Source: an uncultured Chloroflexia bacterium (lineage in GTDB: Bacteria > Chloroflexota > Ktedonobacteria > Ktedonobacterales > JADMIN01). From it: 64,000 nt of DNA. The stretch covers positions 218,661-282,660 of the forward strand of contig CAWIYP010000012.1 of the NCBI GenBank assembly GCA_963840335.1, written 5' to 3'. Below the pieces are notes generated by a model. That model was not told the origin of the DNA and ran no database searches. It saw only the letters and a program-made list of their open reading frames with translations. The translations under genes and the position numbers were made by a program. Shown here piece by piece: positions 32,221 through 42,095 of the stretch. How positions within the stretch are numbered: the first letter of the stretch is position 1; each line of letters begins with the position of its first letter.

Positions 32221-33394
32221 GTGCAACTCTCGCAACGGCTACGCAGTCTGCCGCCTTACCACTTCGCCGACTACAACCAGAAGATCGCCGACCTGCGCGC
32301 GAGCGGCGTGGACATCATCAATCTCTCGATTGGCGATCCTGACCTGGCGACCCCGCCAGAAGTCATCGCCACGCTCACCGAGAGCGCCCAGAACCCCTAC
32401 AACCAGCGCTATCCCGAATATGAAGGCATGCCCGATCTGCTCGAACGCTTTCGCCGCCTGGTTCGAGCGCCGCTTCGGCGTCGCCCTCGATCCACGCCGC
32501 CAGCTCACCACGCTCATCGGCTCGAAGGAAGGGCTGGCGCACCTGCCAATGGCCGTGATGGACGAAGGCGACATCGCGCTGATGCCGAATCCCGCATACC
32601 CCGTCTACGCGACCGCTGTCGCCCTGGTAGGCGGCGTCTGCTATGACCTGCCGCTCACGGAGGAACATGGCTGGCTCCCCGACCTCAACGTCATTCCCGC
32701 CGATACGCTCGCCCGCGCCAAAACGCTCTGGCTCAACTACCCGAATAATCCCACCGGAGCCGCCGCGTCGTTGGAGTTCTTCGAGGAAGCCGTCGCTTTC
32801 GCCCGCAAGCATGACCTGCTGATCGTGCATGACATGGCCTACGCTGAAGTGCGTTACGACGGCGCGCGTCCCGCCAGCATCCTGCAAATCCCTGGCGCCA
32901 CGGATGTCGCGGTGGAATTCCACTCCTTCTCGAAGGCATACAACATGGCGGGCTTCCGGCTGGGGATGATGGCGGGAAACGCGCTGGTCTGCGGTGGCCT
33001 GACCCGGCTCAAGAGCAACATTGACACTGGCGTCTTCCGCCCGCTGCAACTCGCCGCCGTGCGCGCCCTGGAACTGCCGGAAAGCTGGCTCGCCGAGCGC
33101 AACGCCATCTACCAGCGCCGCCGCGATACGCTGGCCACGACGTTGCATGAGCTGGGCCTGCGGGTCGCGACACCCGAAGCTGGCCTTTACCTCTGGCCGC
33201 GAATACCAGCGGGCGAGACCACGGCGGCGTTCGCGCTGCGGATGCTCGACCAGGCCGCCGTGGCCATCACGCCGGGAACGAACTTCGGCAGCCAGGGCGA
33301 AGGCTATCTGCGCATCTCGCTGACCGCCCCCGACGAGCGCATCGCCGAGGCCGCCAGCCGCCTGCGCGCTGCCCTCGCGCCCGCGCGCCCATAG
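32221..33394 (+). pseudogene. Class I/II (LL-diaminopimelate-type) aminotransferase, frame-disrupted as sequenced
   Basis: The N-terminus (LPPYHFADYNQKIADLRASGVDIINLSIGDPD...YPEYEGMPDL) is in frame 1. The rest (AFAAWFERRFGV...SFSKAYNMAGFRLG) is in frame 2. The switch falls near 32437-32446. The span of 1174 nt equals 3n+1. Confidence 0.8.
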
Positions 33395-33401
33395 CCTGAG
33401 T

Positions 33402-33882
33402 CTAGAGGTCGGGCGCGTTCACGCCGTGCGCGCCCAGCGTCAGGCTCAGCTCGCCGCCGTGGTGGATGTCATGCTCGATGACGTGCCAGATGACCCACTG
33501 GCGCGTGCGCTCGCCGTGCCGTGTGGCGAAGGCGGCGTCGAGATCGGCAGGCGTCCACCGCGCCAGGCTATCCGCCACCAGACGCCAGGTCGTCTCCAGA
33601 CCTGATTTCGAGTTTCGCCGCGTTCAGCTCTGGCGGATTGTCATCGTCCCATGTGTAGTATTCCTCGATGTAGGCGTCGCCCTCGCCCAGGATGCCGTGA
33701 AACCACCAGGCCCGCGCTGAGATGATATGCGCCGCCAGCTCGCTGACGGTACGCAGCCCAGGCGCGACACGCAGCGCCAGGTGGTCTGGCGTCAGTGGCG
33801 CGACCGCCTCGACGAGCAGACGATTGTAGCGATCCCACCCCGCATAGAACGGCGTGAGCGATGTATCAGCTTGTGTGGACAT
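33402..33882 (-). pseudogene. DinB-family protein, frame-disrupted as sequenced
   Basis: ATG 33882 follows GGAGAG. The first frame stops at 33568. The conserved C-terminus LETTWRLVADSLARWTPADL...WVIWHVIEHDIHHGGELSLTLG continues in the next frame to TAG 33402. The span of 481 nt equals 3n+1. The switch is near 33590-33612. Confidence 0.7.
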
Positions 33883-34063
33883 CGGTCTCTCTCCTCTAAT
33901 GGCGCGTTCACGGGTGATGCTCTCCAGTGAGTCGCGCCGCTCAGATAGTATACCCACGCGATACTCCACGCATCGCCCGCTCGGTGTAGAATAGACCGAG
34001 AAGTACGCGAATAGGCGTATCTCAGTTGCCACCCGACAGCGGGCGAGATCGTGAGGCGATGCG

Positions 34064-34708
34064 ATGGCACGCACGGTGGAGCGTGCGCCGATTCCCGATA
34101 CAGGGCAGTTTCTGCTGGCGGTCGTGGGCGCGCTGCTGGTGGGCGGCCTCTACTTCCAGCTTCCCGATAATGTCGTTTTCGGCCCGCACTGGCTGCTATT
34201 GGCCGTCGAAGCGGTCGCGGTCTTGCCACCAGTCGTGGCGCATATCAGCGGGCGGCGCATGCCCCATCGTGTCGCGCGCGCCTTCGCCTATGCGCTGCTG
34301 GTGGCGCTGACACTGGCGCTGGCAAGCTCACTCGCGCTGCTGGTGCATCACATCCACGATCTGACACCACCAGAGCTGTTGACCTCTGGTGTGCTGCTCT
34401 GGGTCAGCAATGTGCTGGTCTTTGCCTCGTGGTACTGGGAGACCGACGGCGATGGCCCCGTCATCCGCCACCGCAACGCCCACGAGGCCGCCGACTTCCA
34501 GTTTCCCCAGCAGGAAGGCGGCAATCGCAGCGGCTGGCGTCCCGGCTTCGTGGACTACCTGTTCCTCGCGTTCTGCTCGGCGACCGCGCTCAGCCCAGCC
34601 GACACGAATCCGCTGACACGCCGCGCGAAGCTGCTGATGATGGTCGAGGCGCTGATCTCAATGCTGGTGCTGGTGCTCCTCCTCGCCCGCTTCGTCAATA
34701 TCGCCTGA
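34064..34708 (+). CDS. DUF1345-like integral membrane protein
   Basis: 214-aa ORF with about 5 TM helices. It contains WRPGFVDYLFLAFCSATALSPADTNPLTRRAKLLMMVEALISM. Confidence 0.7.
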   Translation: MARTVERAPIPDTGQFLLAVVGALLVGGLYFQLPDNVVFGPHWLLLAVEAVAVLPPVVAHISGRRMPHRVARAFAYALLVALTLALASSLALLVHHIHDLTPPELLTSGVLLWVSNVLVFASWYWETDGDGPVIRHRNAHEAADFQFPQQEGGNRSGWRPGFVDYLFLAFCSATALSPADTNPLTRRAKLLMMVEALISMLVLVLLLARFVNIA

Positions 34709-34861
34709 ACGAGCGTTGGATGGGGTTGTACTGTAGGGCTTTCTCAACAATCTCTTCAGCGGTTGGGTGGTATCCTACAGCATATTTTACAGAATAGCCC
34801 CTCTACCCTGCAGGGGGCTGAACAGTCATCGCAATTCATCATTGAGCAAAGGAAGAAGCAC

Positions 34862-35491
34862 ATGGAGGAAAGAGACGAACGAGACGCGCCAAAGACCGAT
34901 GAACGTTCCTCTCTCGATAGGCAGGCCGTGGGCGGGAAACCCGCCCACACGGAATCGAAGGAAGACAAGGGAAACGGGTCGGAATTGGCGCCACACCACC
35001 ACCTTCCCACACCAGACCTTCAGTTGCTCCGCCTCGATCACGCGCCCGCCCTGCTCGCGTTCGAGCGGGAGAATCGGGCGTACTTCGCGGCGTCGATTCC
35101 TGATCGGGGAGACGAGTTCTTTGCCGAATTCGACACGCAGTATGCGCAACAACTTGCGTTGCAGGCCGCCGGGACGAATTACCTTCACGTGCTGGTGACC
35201 GAGCGCGGCGAGGTAGTGGGGCGGGTGAACCTGTACGAAGTAGCAGATGGGTCGGCGGAACTCGGGTACCGGATCGCGCAGAAGGCCGCGGGGCAAGGAC
35301 TGGCCACAGCGGCGGTGCGCCAGGTACGCGAGCTTGCCGCTACAGCGTATGGACTTACCAGGCTGCGCGCAAGGGTCACGTTGGACAATCCAGCCTCGCG
35401 CAAAGTACTTGAACACAACGGATTCGTCGCCGATGATGAGCTCACGCTCAACGGCAAGCCAGCCCTATCCTACATCTGCGAGCTTCTGTAA
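34862..35491 (+). CDS. GNAT-family N-acetyltransferase (RimJ/RimL-like)
   Basis: ATG 34862 follows AAGGAAG. It contains VVGRVNLYEVADGSAELGYRIAQKAAGQGLATAAV...NPASRKVLEHNGF. Confidence 0.75.
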   Translation: MEERDERDAPKTDERSSLDRQAVGGKPAHTESKEDKGNGSELAPHHHLPTPDLQLLRLDHAPALLAFERENRAYFAASIPDRGDEFFAEFDTQYAQQLALQAAGTNYLHVLVTERGEVVGRVNLYEVADGSAELGYRIAQKAAGQGLATAAVRQVRELAATAYGLTRLRARVTLDNPASRKVLEHNGFVADDELTLNGKPALSYICELL

Positions 35492-35702
35492 TCTCGCTTT
35501 TTCTTGCTCCACGCCGCATCAGATCATCCGCATAATCTCTCATCCACGCTAAGCCAGCGATTTCACTCGCTGGCTCTCTGGTTCTCACCTTGACACAGCG
35601 CACGCTCGCACGTTATCTCTGTGTACAGACACTTCCCATTTGGAAGTTTTGTGATGGTTCGCACGATCACCCTTGAAGCAAGTAGACAGAGGACAACACA
35701 GC

Positions 35703-36310
35703 ATGGCGATTACCCGCGAGCGATTTGACCAGGGCATGACACTTGAGGAGTACAAGGCGCAGATGACGCAGAACCGCGAGGCGTTCGCGGCGAATGAGGC
35801 GGCTGTGATCTTACGGCCAGAGGATGTGGCGTTCTTCGAGCAGTCTTCCGGCGACGATCAACGCACTGATCATCACCGAGGACTGGTGCGGCGACGCGCT
35901 GGCGAATGCGCCCGTGCTGGCGAAAGTGGCCGAGCAGACGGGCAAGCTGAACCTGCGCGTTCTTCCTGCGCGACCAGAATCTCGACCTCGCCGACCAATA
36001 CCTGAAGGAAGGCAAGTACCGCTCGGTTCCCGTCTTCGTCTTTTTCGATGAGGAGATGCGCGAGCTTGGCCACTTCATCGAGCGGCCCGCGCGAGTGACG
36101 GCGGAGATGCAGGCGGCTACCGCCGAGCTAGTCGCCGCGCACCCCGAGATACCCGACCTTGGCGCCTCCTTCGAGAGCATGAGCGACGCCGCGAAGGCCC
36201 TGCGCTTCCAGTCGCTCAGCGAGCTTCGCCAGCAGCGCGCCGCCACCTGGACGGAGATGCTGCTCGACGACATCGAGGCGCTGCTCAGCGCCAGCGTCAC
36301 GACCCGCTAG
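35703..36310 (+). pseudogene. Thioredoxin-fold protein, two frame disruptions as sequenced
   Basis: Three consecutive frames carry MAITRERFDQGMTLEEYKAQ...VAFFEQ, then LPATINALIITEDWCGDALANAPVLAKVAEQTGKLNLRV, then FLRDQNLDLADQYLKEGKYRSVPVFVFFDEEMRELGHFIERP. The switches are near 35844 and 35960 (TT run). The span of 608 nt equals 3n+2. Confidence 0.7.
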
Positions 36311-36336
36311 CCTCACTCCATCGCTCACCCTCCAAC

Positions 36337-36385
36337 ATAGCCCCACTCGCAGCGACATGCGCTACGCGAGTGGGGCTATTTGCGC
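36337..36385 (+). terminator. Intrinsic terminator-like hairpin
   Basis: A 14-bp stem ATAGCCCCACTCGC / GCGAGTGGGGCTAT (36337-36379) is followed by TTGCGCC, just after the stop at 36310. Confidence 0.5.
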
Positions 36386-36498
36386 CTGGAGAGTCGTATA
36401 CTACGCCTGTGAAGGAGCACGCACGACATCCGTTCAGTTGGCGTATGCGCTCAAGAGTGACGTGAGCGTTCACTCGGCGCTGAAAGGGGTCTGACATC

Positions 36499-37654
36499 AT
36501 GGGACAGGCTGCGCGTGAGGTAGTGATCGTTGAAGCGGCGCGTACACCGGTGGGCAGACGCAATGGCGCGCTGCGCGATGTCCATCCGGTGATGCTGGCG
36601 GCGCAGATCATGCGCGAAGTGACGCAGCGCGCGGGCATCGAGCCTGGCATGGTCGAGGATGTCGTCTGGGGCTGCGTCAGCCAGGTCGGCGAGCAGGGTC
36701 TGAACATCGGGCGCAACGCAGTGCTGGCGGCGGGCTTCCCCGTCACGGTCCCCGCGACGACGGTAGATCGCCAGTGCGGCTCAGGACAGCAGGCGATTCA
36801 CTTCGCGGCGAACCTGATCCAGTCGGGCGTCTGCGATCTGACCATCGCGGGCGGTGTCGAGAGCATGTCGCGCATTCCCATCGGCTCATCCATCGCGGCG
36901 GGTGGCTCGCCGTTCCCGCCCTCGCTGCTGGAGGTCTACCCCATCACCCACCAGGGGCTTGTCGGCGGAGATGATCGCTGACCAGTGGAATATCAGCCGC
37001 GAGGAGATGGACGCGCTGAGCCTGCGCAGCCACCAGCGCGCGGCGGCGGCGCAGGACGCGGGCGCCTTCGACCGCGAGATCGCCCCGGTCGCGCTGGCGG
37101 ATGGCTCCTCGGTGTCGCGCGACGAGGGCGTGCGCCGCGATACCACGCTGGAGCGACTGGCCTCGCTCCAGCCCGCCTTCAAGCCCGATGGCAAGGTGAC
37201 AGCGGGCAGCAGCAGCCAGATCAGCGATGGCGCCGCCGCGCTGCTCCTCACCACACCGGAGCGCGCGGCGACGCTGGGGCTGCGGCCACGCGCGCGCATC
37301 GTCGCCCAGCGCGTCGTCGGCGTGGACCCCGTGACGATGCTGACCGGCCCGATTCCCGCCACCCAGCAGATTCTGGAGCGCGCGGGCCTGACGGTGGACG
37401 ACATTGATCTCTTCGAGATCAACGAAGCCTTCGCGCCGGTCGTGCTGGCCTGGGAGAAGGAACTACACGCCGACATGGAGCGCGTCAACGTCAACGGCGG
37501 CGCCATTGCGCTGGGGCATCCGCTCGGGGCATCTGGCGCGCGTCTGATGGTGACGCTGCTGCATGAATTGGAGCGGCGCAACGCCCGCTACGGCTTGCAG
37601 GCGATGTGTTGCGGTGGCGGCCTCGGCACGGCGACGATCATCGAGCGACTCTGA
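36499..37654 (+). pseudogene. Acetyl-CoA C-acetyl/acyltransferase (thiolase), one frame disruption as sequenced
   Basis: The N-terminal half (VVIVEAARTPVGRRNG...TVDRQCGSGQQAI, active-site Cys) is in frame 1. The C-terminal half (SAEMIADQWNISREEMD...NVNGGAIALGHPLGASG...CCGGGLG) is in frame 2. The switch is at the GGGG run 36954-36957. The span of 1156 nt equals 3n+1. Confidence 0.85.
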
Positions 37655-37827
37655 GCGCGGCGGCATGCGGCTTCGGCCTCAAATGTGCGGCAAGAGTGAT
37701 ACAATTCGCTCGGACGACTGGACGCCTGCATGACAGGCGCGGAAGCCCCCGGCGAGTAGGACGCGGCGATGTGGCCGCGCCGCTGGAGTTGTTTTCCAGA
37801 AAAACCGCTTACAGGAGGATATCTCTC

Positions 37828-38838
37828 ATGGCAACGCGAGTCGCGATCAACGGTTTCGGGCGCATCGGTCGCCAGAGCCTGAAAGCCATGCTCGAACGCT
37901 ACCCAAACGACATCGATGTCGTCGCCGTCAATGACCTCACCGACTCCGAATCGAACGCGCATCTCTTCCGCTACGACTCCACCTATGGCCGCTTCGATGG
38001 CACGGTCGAAGTCGCTGGCAACGATATCGTCATCAATGGCAAGCGCATCCGCGTCTTCTCGCAGCGTGACCCCGGCCAGATTCCCTGGGGCGAGGTTGGC
38101 GCCGAGATCGTCATCGAGAGCACTGGCTTCTTCACCGATGGCGCCAAGGCGGCGGCGCACAAGCGCGACAGCGTCAAGAAGGTCATCATCTCCGCCCCGG
38201 CGAAGGGTGAGGACATCACCATCGTCCTTGGCGTGAATGAGGACAAGTACGATCCCGCCACCCACAACATCATCTCAAACGCCTCCTGCACAACCAACTG
38301 CCTCGCCCCCGCCGCCAAGGTCATCAACGACGCCTACGGCATCGAAAAGGGTCTGATGACCACCGTCCACTCCTACACCAACGACCAGCGCATCCTCGAT
38401 GTCGTGCATAGCGACCTGCGCCGCGCCCGCGCCGCCGCCCAGAACATCATCCCCACCAGCACTGGCGCCGCTCGCGCGCTCGCGCTGGTGATCCCTGAGT
38501 TGAAGGGTCGCTTCGACGGCTTCTCGCTACGGGTACCGACAGCGACGGTCTCGGTCGTCGATTTCGTCGCGACGCTCAACAAGGGCACATCCGTCGAGGC
38601 GGTGAACGCGCTGTTCCAGGAGCAGGCTGCCAGCAAGCTGAAGGGCATCCTCGCCTACACCGATGAGCCGCTGGTCTCCTCCGACTTCCGAGGCGACTCG
38701 CACTCCTCCACGATTGACGGCCTCTCGACGATGATGCTCGGCGACAACTTCCTCAAGGTCATCGCCTGGTACGACAACGAGTGGGGCTATTCGTCGCGCG
38801 TGGCCGACCTGACCCGCTTCGTCGGCGAGCGCCTGTAG
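37828..38838 (+). CDS. gap: Glyceraldehyde-3-phosphate dehydrogenase
   Basis: ATG 37828 follows [18 protein letters not shown] and the catalytic [12 protein letters not shown] are present. The upstream part of the track ORF (from 37606) is non-coding. Confidence 0.95.
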   Translation: MATRVAINGFGRIGRQSLKAMLERYPNDIDVVAVNDLTDSESNAHLFRYDSTYGRFDGTVEVAGNDIVINGKRIRVFSQRDPGQIPWGEVGAEIVIESTGFFTDGAKAAAHKRDSVKKVIISAPAKGEDITIVLGVNEDKYDPATHNIISNASCTTNCLAPAAKVINDAYGIEKGLMTTVHSYTNDQRILDVVHSDLRRARAAAQNIIPTSTGAARALALVIPELKGRFDGFSLRVPTATVSVVDFVATLNKGTSVEAVNALFQEQAASKLKGILAYTDEPLVSSDFRGDSHSSTIDGLSTMMLGDNFLKVIAWYDNEWGYSSRVADLTRFVGERL

Positions 38839-38853
38839 GGGAGACCAGGCGAG

Positions 38854-40086
38854 ATGGACAAAGCGACCGTTCGCGACATCAACGCGCACGGCAAACGGGT
38901 GCTGGCGCGCGTGGACTTCAACGTTCCGCAGGACGAGAGCGGGGCGATCACGGATGACACGCGCATCCGCGCCTCGCTGCCGACCATTCGCGCGCTGCTC
39001 GACCAGGGCGCCGCGCTCGTGCTGATGAGCCACCTGGGCCGCCCCAAGGGCCAGGTCAACCCGAAATACAGTCTGCGTCCGGTGGCAGAGCGCCTGAGCG
39101 AGTTGCTGGGGCGTCCTGTCCCGCTCGCGCCGGACTGCGTGGGGCCAGAGGTCGAGGCGATGGCGCGCGCGCTCAAGCCGGGCGATGTGCTGCTGCTCGA
39201 AAATCTGCGCTTCCATCCAGAGGAAGAGGCGAATGACCCCGCCTTCGCGCGGCAGCTCGCTGCGCTGGGCGAAGTCTACGTCAACGACGCCTTCGGCACG
39301 GCTCACCGCGCCCACGCCAGCACCGAAGGCGTGGCGCACGACCTGCCAGCCGTCGCGGGCTTCCTCATGGAGAAAGAGCTGAACTTCCTTGGCGCCGCGC
39401 TGGAGCATCCCAGGCGCCCGCTGGTCGCGATTTCTGGCGGAGCGAAGGTTTCCGACAAGATCGCCGCGCTCGACCGGCTGATCGACATCGCCGACGCGGT
39501 GCTGATCGGTGGCGGCATGGCCAACACCTTCTTCAAAGCGCAAGGGATGGATGTTGGCGATTCACTGGTAGAGGATGACAAGCTCGACGAGGCGCGCCGC
39601 CTGATGGCGAAAGCCGCCAGTGCGGGCAAGCGCTTCATCCTGCCTGTGGATGTGGCCGTTGGCGACAAGTTCTCCGCCGACGCCGCGCGCGTCCTGACAT
39701 CGCCTGACGCCGTTCACGCGGGCTGGCGCATCCTCGATGTCGGCCCGCAGACGCTGATCGCGTTTGGCGAGGCGCTGAGTGACGCCGCGACTATCGTCTG
39801 GAATGGCACGCTTGGCGTCTCCGAGTTCCCCGCCTTCGCGCTGGGAACAGACGCGCTGATCGGGCTGCTCGTCGAGCGCACCGAGGCGGGCGCCATCACC
39901 ATCGTCGGTGGCGGCGACTCCGCGGCGGCGGTCGAGAAGGCCGGGGCGGCGGAAAAGCTCACCCACGTCTCCACCGGCGGCGGCGCCTCGCTGGAGTTCA
40001 TGGAAGGCCGCAAGCTGCCCGGCGTCGAGGCGCTGCTGGAGCGTGCGCAGCTCCCACCTGATCTGCGCAGCAATGGGGTCGCGTAG
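38854..40086 (+). CDS. pgk: Phosphoglycerate kinase
   Basis: 410-aa ORF. RVDFNVP, LMSHLGRPKG, and FGTAHRAHAST are present, plus a C-terminal GGGDS. Confidence 0.95.
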   Translation: MDKATVRDINAHGKRVLARVDFNVPQDESGAITDDTRIRASLPTIRALLDQGAALVLMSHLGRPKGQVNPKYSLRPVAERLSELLGRPVPLAPDCVGPEVEAMARALKPGDVLLLENLRFHPEEEANDPAFARQLAALGEVYVNDAFGTAHRAHASTEGVAHDLPAVAGFLMEKELNFLGAALEHPRRPLVAISGGAKVSDKIAALDRLIDIADAVLIGGGMANTFFKAQGMDVGDSLVEDDKLDEARRLMAKAASAGKRFILPVDVAVGDKFSADAARVLTSPDAVHAGWRILDVGPQTLIAFGEALSDAATIVWNGTLGVSEFPAFALGTDALIGLLVERTEAGAITIVGGGDSAAAVEKAGAAEKLTHVSTGGGASLEFMEGRKLPGVEALLERAQLPPDLRSNGVA

Positions 40087-40110
40087 GCGGCGCCTGAATC
40101 TTATGCTTGC

Positions 40111-40154
40111 GTAACCGCCCTGCGCCATATGTGAGTATGGCGCAGGGCGGTTAC
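40111..40154. terminator. Perfect 19-bp hairpin between convergent pgk and mrr-like gene
   Basis: GTAACCGCCCTGCGCCATA-tgtgag-TATGGCGCAGGGCGGTTAC. There is no clear U-tract on either strand, so its function as a bidirectional terminator is inferred. Confidence 0.55.
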
Positions 40155-40166
40155 GACTTTATCGCG

Positions 40167-40937
40167 TCAGGCAGATGAATCAAGCCCCAAGTCTGGGAAT
40201 GGCTCAACACTGTATTGCTCGCATATCCGGTTTACTTCCTCGCGACCCGCGAGAACGATAACACTCGCCTCTATAGCCTCGCGGTGTTGCTCACCTGTAA
40301 GCCGTCCAGTTGTGATGAACATCGCGCGATTGACCCGACGCGCGAAGCACCCACTGAGAAACTTGAGCCATTCGATCTCTGTTGGCGCATTGCTCGGCCC
40401 GTGCAACTTGACTTGCACGCCAATACTCAGGCCCACACCTTCATCCTGGGATAGCCCGGCGCCGTAAAAATCAAGCCCACGCTCGTTGCGCTTGAATCGG
40501 CCTGTATGAATCTATGCGTATTTCGGATACATCCGCTTCAGAAGTATGGCGATATGCTGCTCGAACATCTCTCCTCGAACAACATTGGATGGCACATCGC
40601 GAACCAAAGCCGAATCGACATCTATGACCTGCGTTGTCCTGGCTACTGACGGCGCGAATTGAAGGAACTCGCGGCCTTCTGGTGTGATGCGCCACCCAGG
40701 CTTGTTCTTGTCATGAGCGTAGATGAATCCCGCTTTTACCGCGTACGTATTCACAATGCGCCGCAACGACGCCTTCCCTTGCTCCGAAAGCAGGTTCCCA
40801 TGCATTGCGCGCTCAACCGCAGCGTAAATGGCCTGAATTTCAGCCTCTCCACCGGCATCTTCTATTGCTCGCAAAGCCAGCGTAGCCTGATCGTCCAGGG
40901 TCAGACCAGCTTCCGATCCGGTGAGACTATCCGCCAT
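40167..40937 (-). pseudogene. mrr: Mrr-type (type IV) restriction endonuclease with an in-frame amber codon
   Basis: It has an N-terminal winged-helix-like region (EIQAIYAAVERAM...KAGFIYAHDKNKPGWRITPEGREFL). The PD-(D/E)xK core is FEQHIAILLKRMYPKYA*IHTGRFKRNERGLDFYG...IGVQVKLHG...AMFITTGRLT. A TAG at 40514-40512 joins track ORFs 40512-40937 and 40167-40436 in the same frame. The gene is visibly AT-richer than its flanks. Confidence 0.75.
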
Positions 40938-41095
40938 ATATTCGTCGCCTCAGTGTGTGGTCAGCGAGCACGCAGAGCAGTAGAACGCCTCATCAGAACA
41001 GCCCTTGCAGCCAGATAGCAAGGATGGTTTCATAAGATCAGTCTAACATATGCTCAGACCTACCTATCGAACTTTAAGCAAGGAGCACATTCGGA

Positions 41096-41890
41096 ATGAG
41101 TTCCTCATCACACCCGACTTCACCACGACGACCTATCGTCGCGGGCAACTGGAAGATGAACTATGGCCCTTCGGAGGCGCATGACTTCATCTCGCGCATT
41201 CTCGATGACCTCGAACGTGTGCGCGGTGTGGACTGTGTGATCTGCCCTCCGGCGATCTCCATCGCGGCGGCCCATGCCGTCACGATGGCCAGCGGCATCA
41301 TGCTTGGCGCGCAGAACATGTATGACGCGGAGAAAGGCGCCTTCACAGGCGAGATTTCGCCGCTGATGCTGCATGGACTCTGCGACTACGTGATTCTGGG
41401 GCACTCCGAGCGACGCGCGATTTTTGGCGAGACAGACGAGTTCGTCAATCGCAAGACGCTCTCAGCCTTCACGCATGGTCTGCGCCCGATTGTCTGTGTC
41501 GGCGAGCGGCTGGAGGACCGCGAGGCCAACCTGACCGAGCGTGTCATCTCGACACAGGTGCGCGGCAGCCTCGCCAACCTGCCCACCGCCCGGCTGAGTG
41601 AGCTTGTTGTGGCGTATGAGCCGGTGTGGGCGATTGGCACAGGCCGCGCCGCCACCGCGCAAGACGCCGCCGACGTCATCGCCATCATCCGCGCGCTGCT
41701 CGCCGAGATGTACGGCGCGGAGGCGACGGCAGGCGTGCGCGTCCAGTACGGCGGCAGCGTCACCGCCGCCAACGCCGCCGAGCTTGCCGCCGTGCCCGAC
41801 ATCGATGGCGCGCTGGTCGGGGGAGCGAGCCTCACGCCCGACTTCGTGACCATCGCCAGCGCGTTTGGCCAGGCCAAGGGTTGGGACTGA
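41096..41890 (+). CDS. tpiA: Triosephosphate isomerase
   Basis: 264-aa ORF. It contains VAGNWKMN, ILGHSERR and VVAYEPVWAIGTG. Confidence 0.95.
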   Translation: MSSSSHPTSPRRPIVAGNWKMNYGPSEAHDFISRILDDLERVRGVDCVICPPAISIAAAHAVTMASGIMLGAQNMYDAEKGAFTGEISPLMLHGLCDYVILGHSERRAIFGETDEFVNRKTLSAFTHGLRPIVCVGERLEDREANLTERVISTQVRGSLANLPTARLSELVVAYEPVWAIGTGRAATAQDAADVIAIIRALLAEMYGAEATAGVRVQYGGSVTAANAAELAAVPDIDGALVGGASLTPDFVTIASAFGQAKGWD

Positions 41891-41907
41891 TACCGCGCCG
41901 CATGCTT

Positions 41908-41949
41908 GAAACCGCCGTGGAGTTTTTCTCCACGGCGGTTTCTCATTCC
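41908..41949 (+). terminator. Intrinsic terminator after tpiA
   Basis: A 15-bp stem GAAACCGCCGTGGAG-ttttt-CTCCACGGCGGTTTC is followed by a T-rich TCATTCC. Confidence 0.65.
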
Positions 41950-42095
41950 CCTCGCGCCATGCCGAATAGGCGCTCATCCGCTGAAATGTGGCGCTTCATC
42001 GCGTCCCTCCGTCTTGAGAGCAGAGACCCCACACAGCGAGACGACGAACCGCCCGTGAGCGGGCTGTGTGGCGGCAAGACTGGAGGGCGCAGCGT

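Noticed and set aside
38527-39543. Long ORFs opposite pgk (38527-39543), the speH-DHS fusion (42513-43529), ilvA (57127-58113), murD (29843-30661), lepA (22324-23163) and the SHMT homologue (59016-59861)
   Set aside because: All lie opposite genes with strong family signatures and have arginine/alanine-rich, motif-free translations. They are antisense shadows expected at this GC content.
40096-41035. 8-nt inverted match (ATCTTATG / CATAAGAT) flanking the mrr island as possible insertion-element ends
   Set aside because: An 8-mer match between two ~150-nt flanks is expected by chance. No transposase, longer terminal repeats or target-site duplication are visible.
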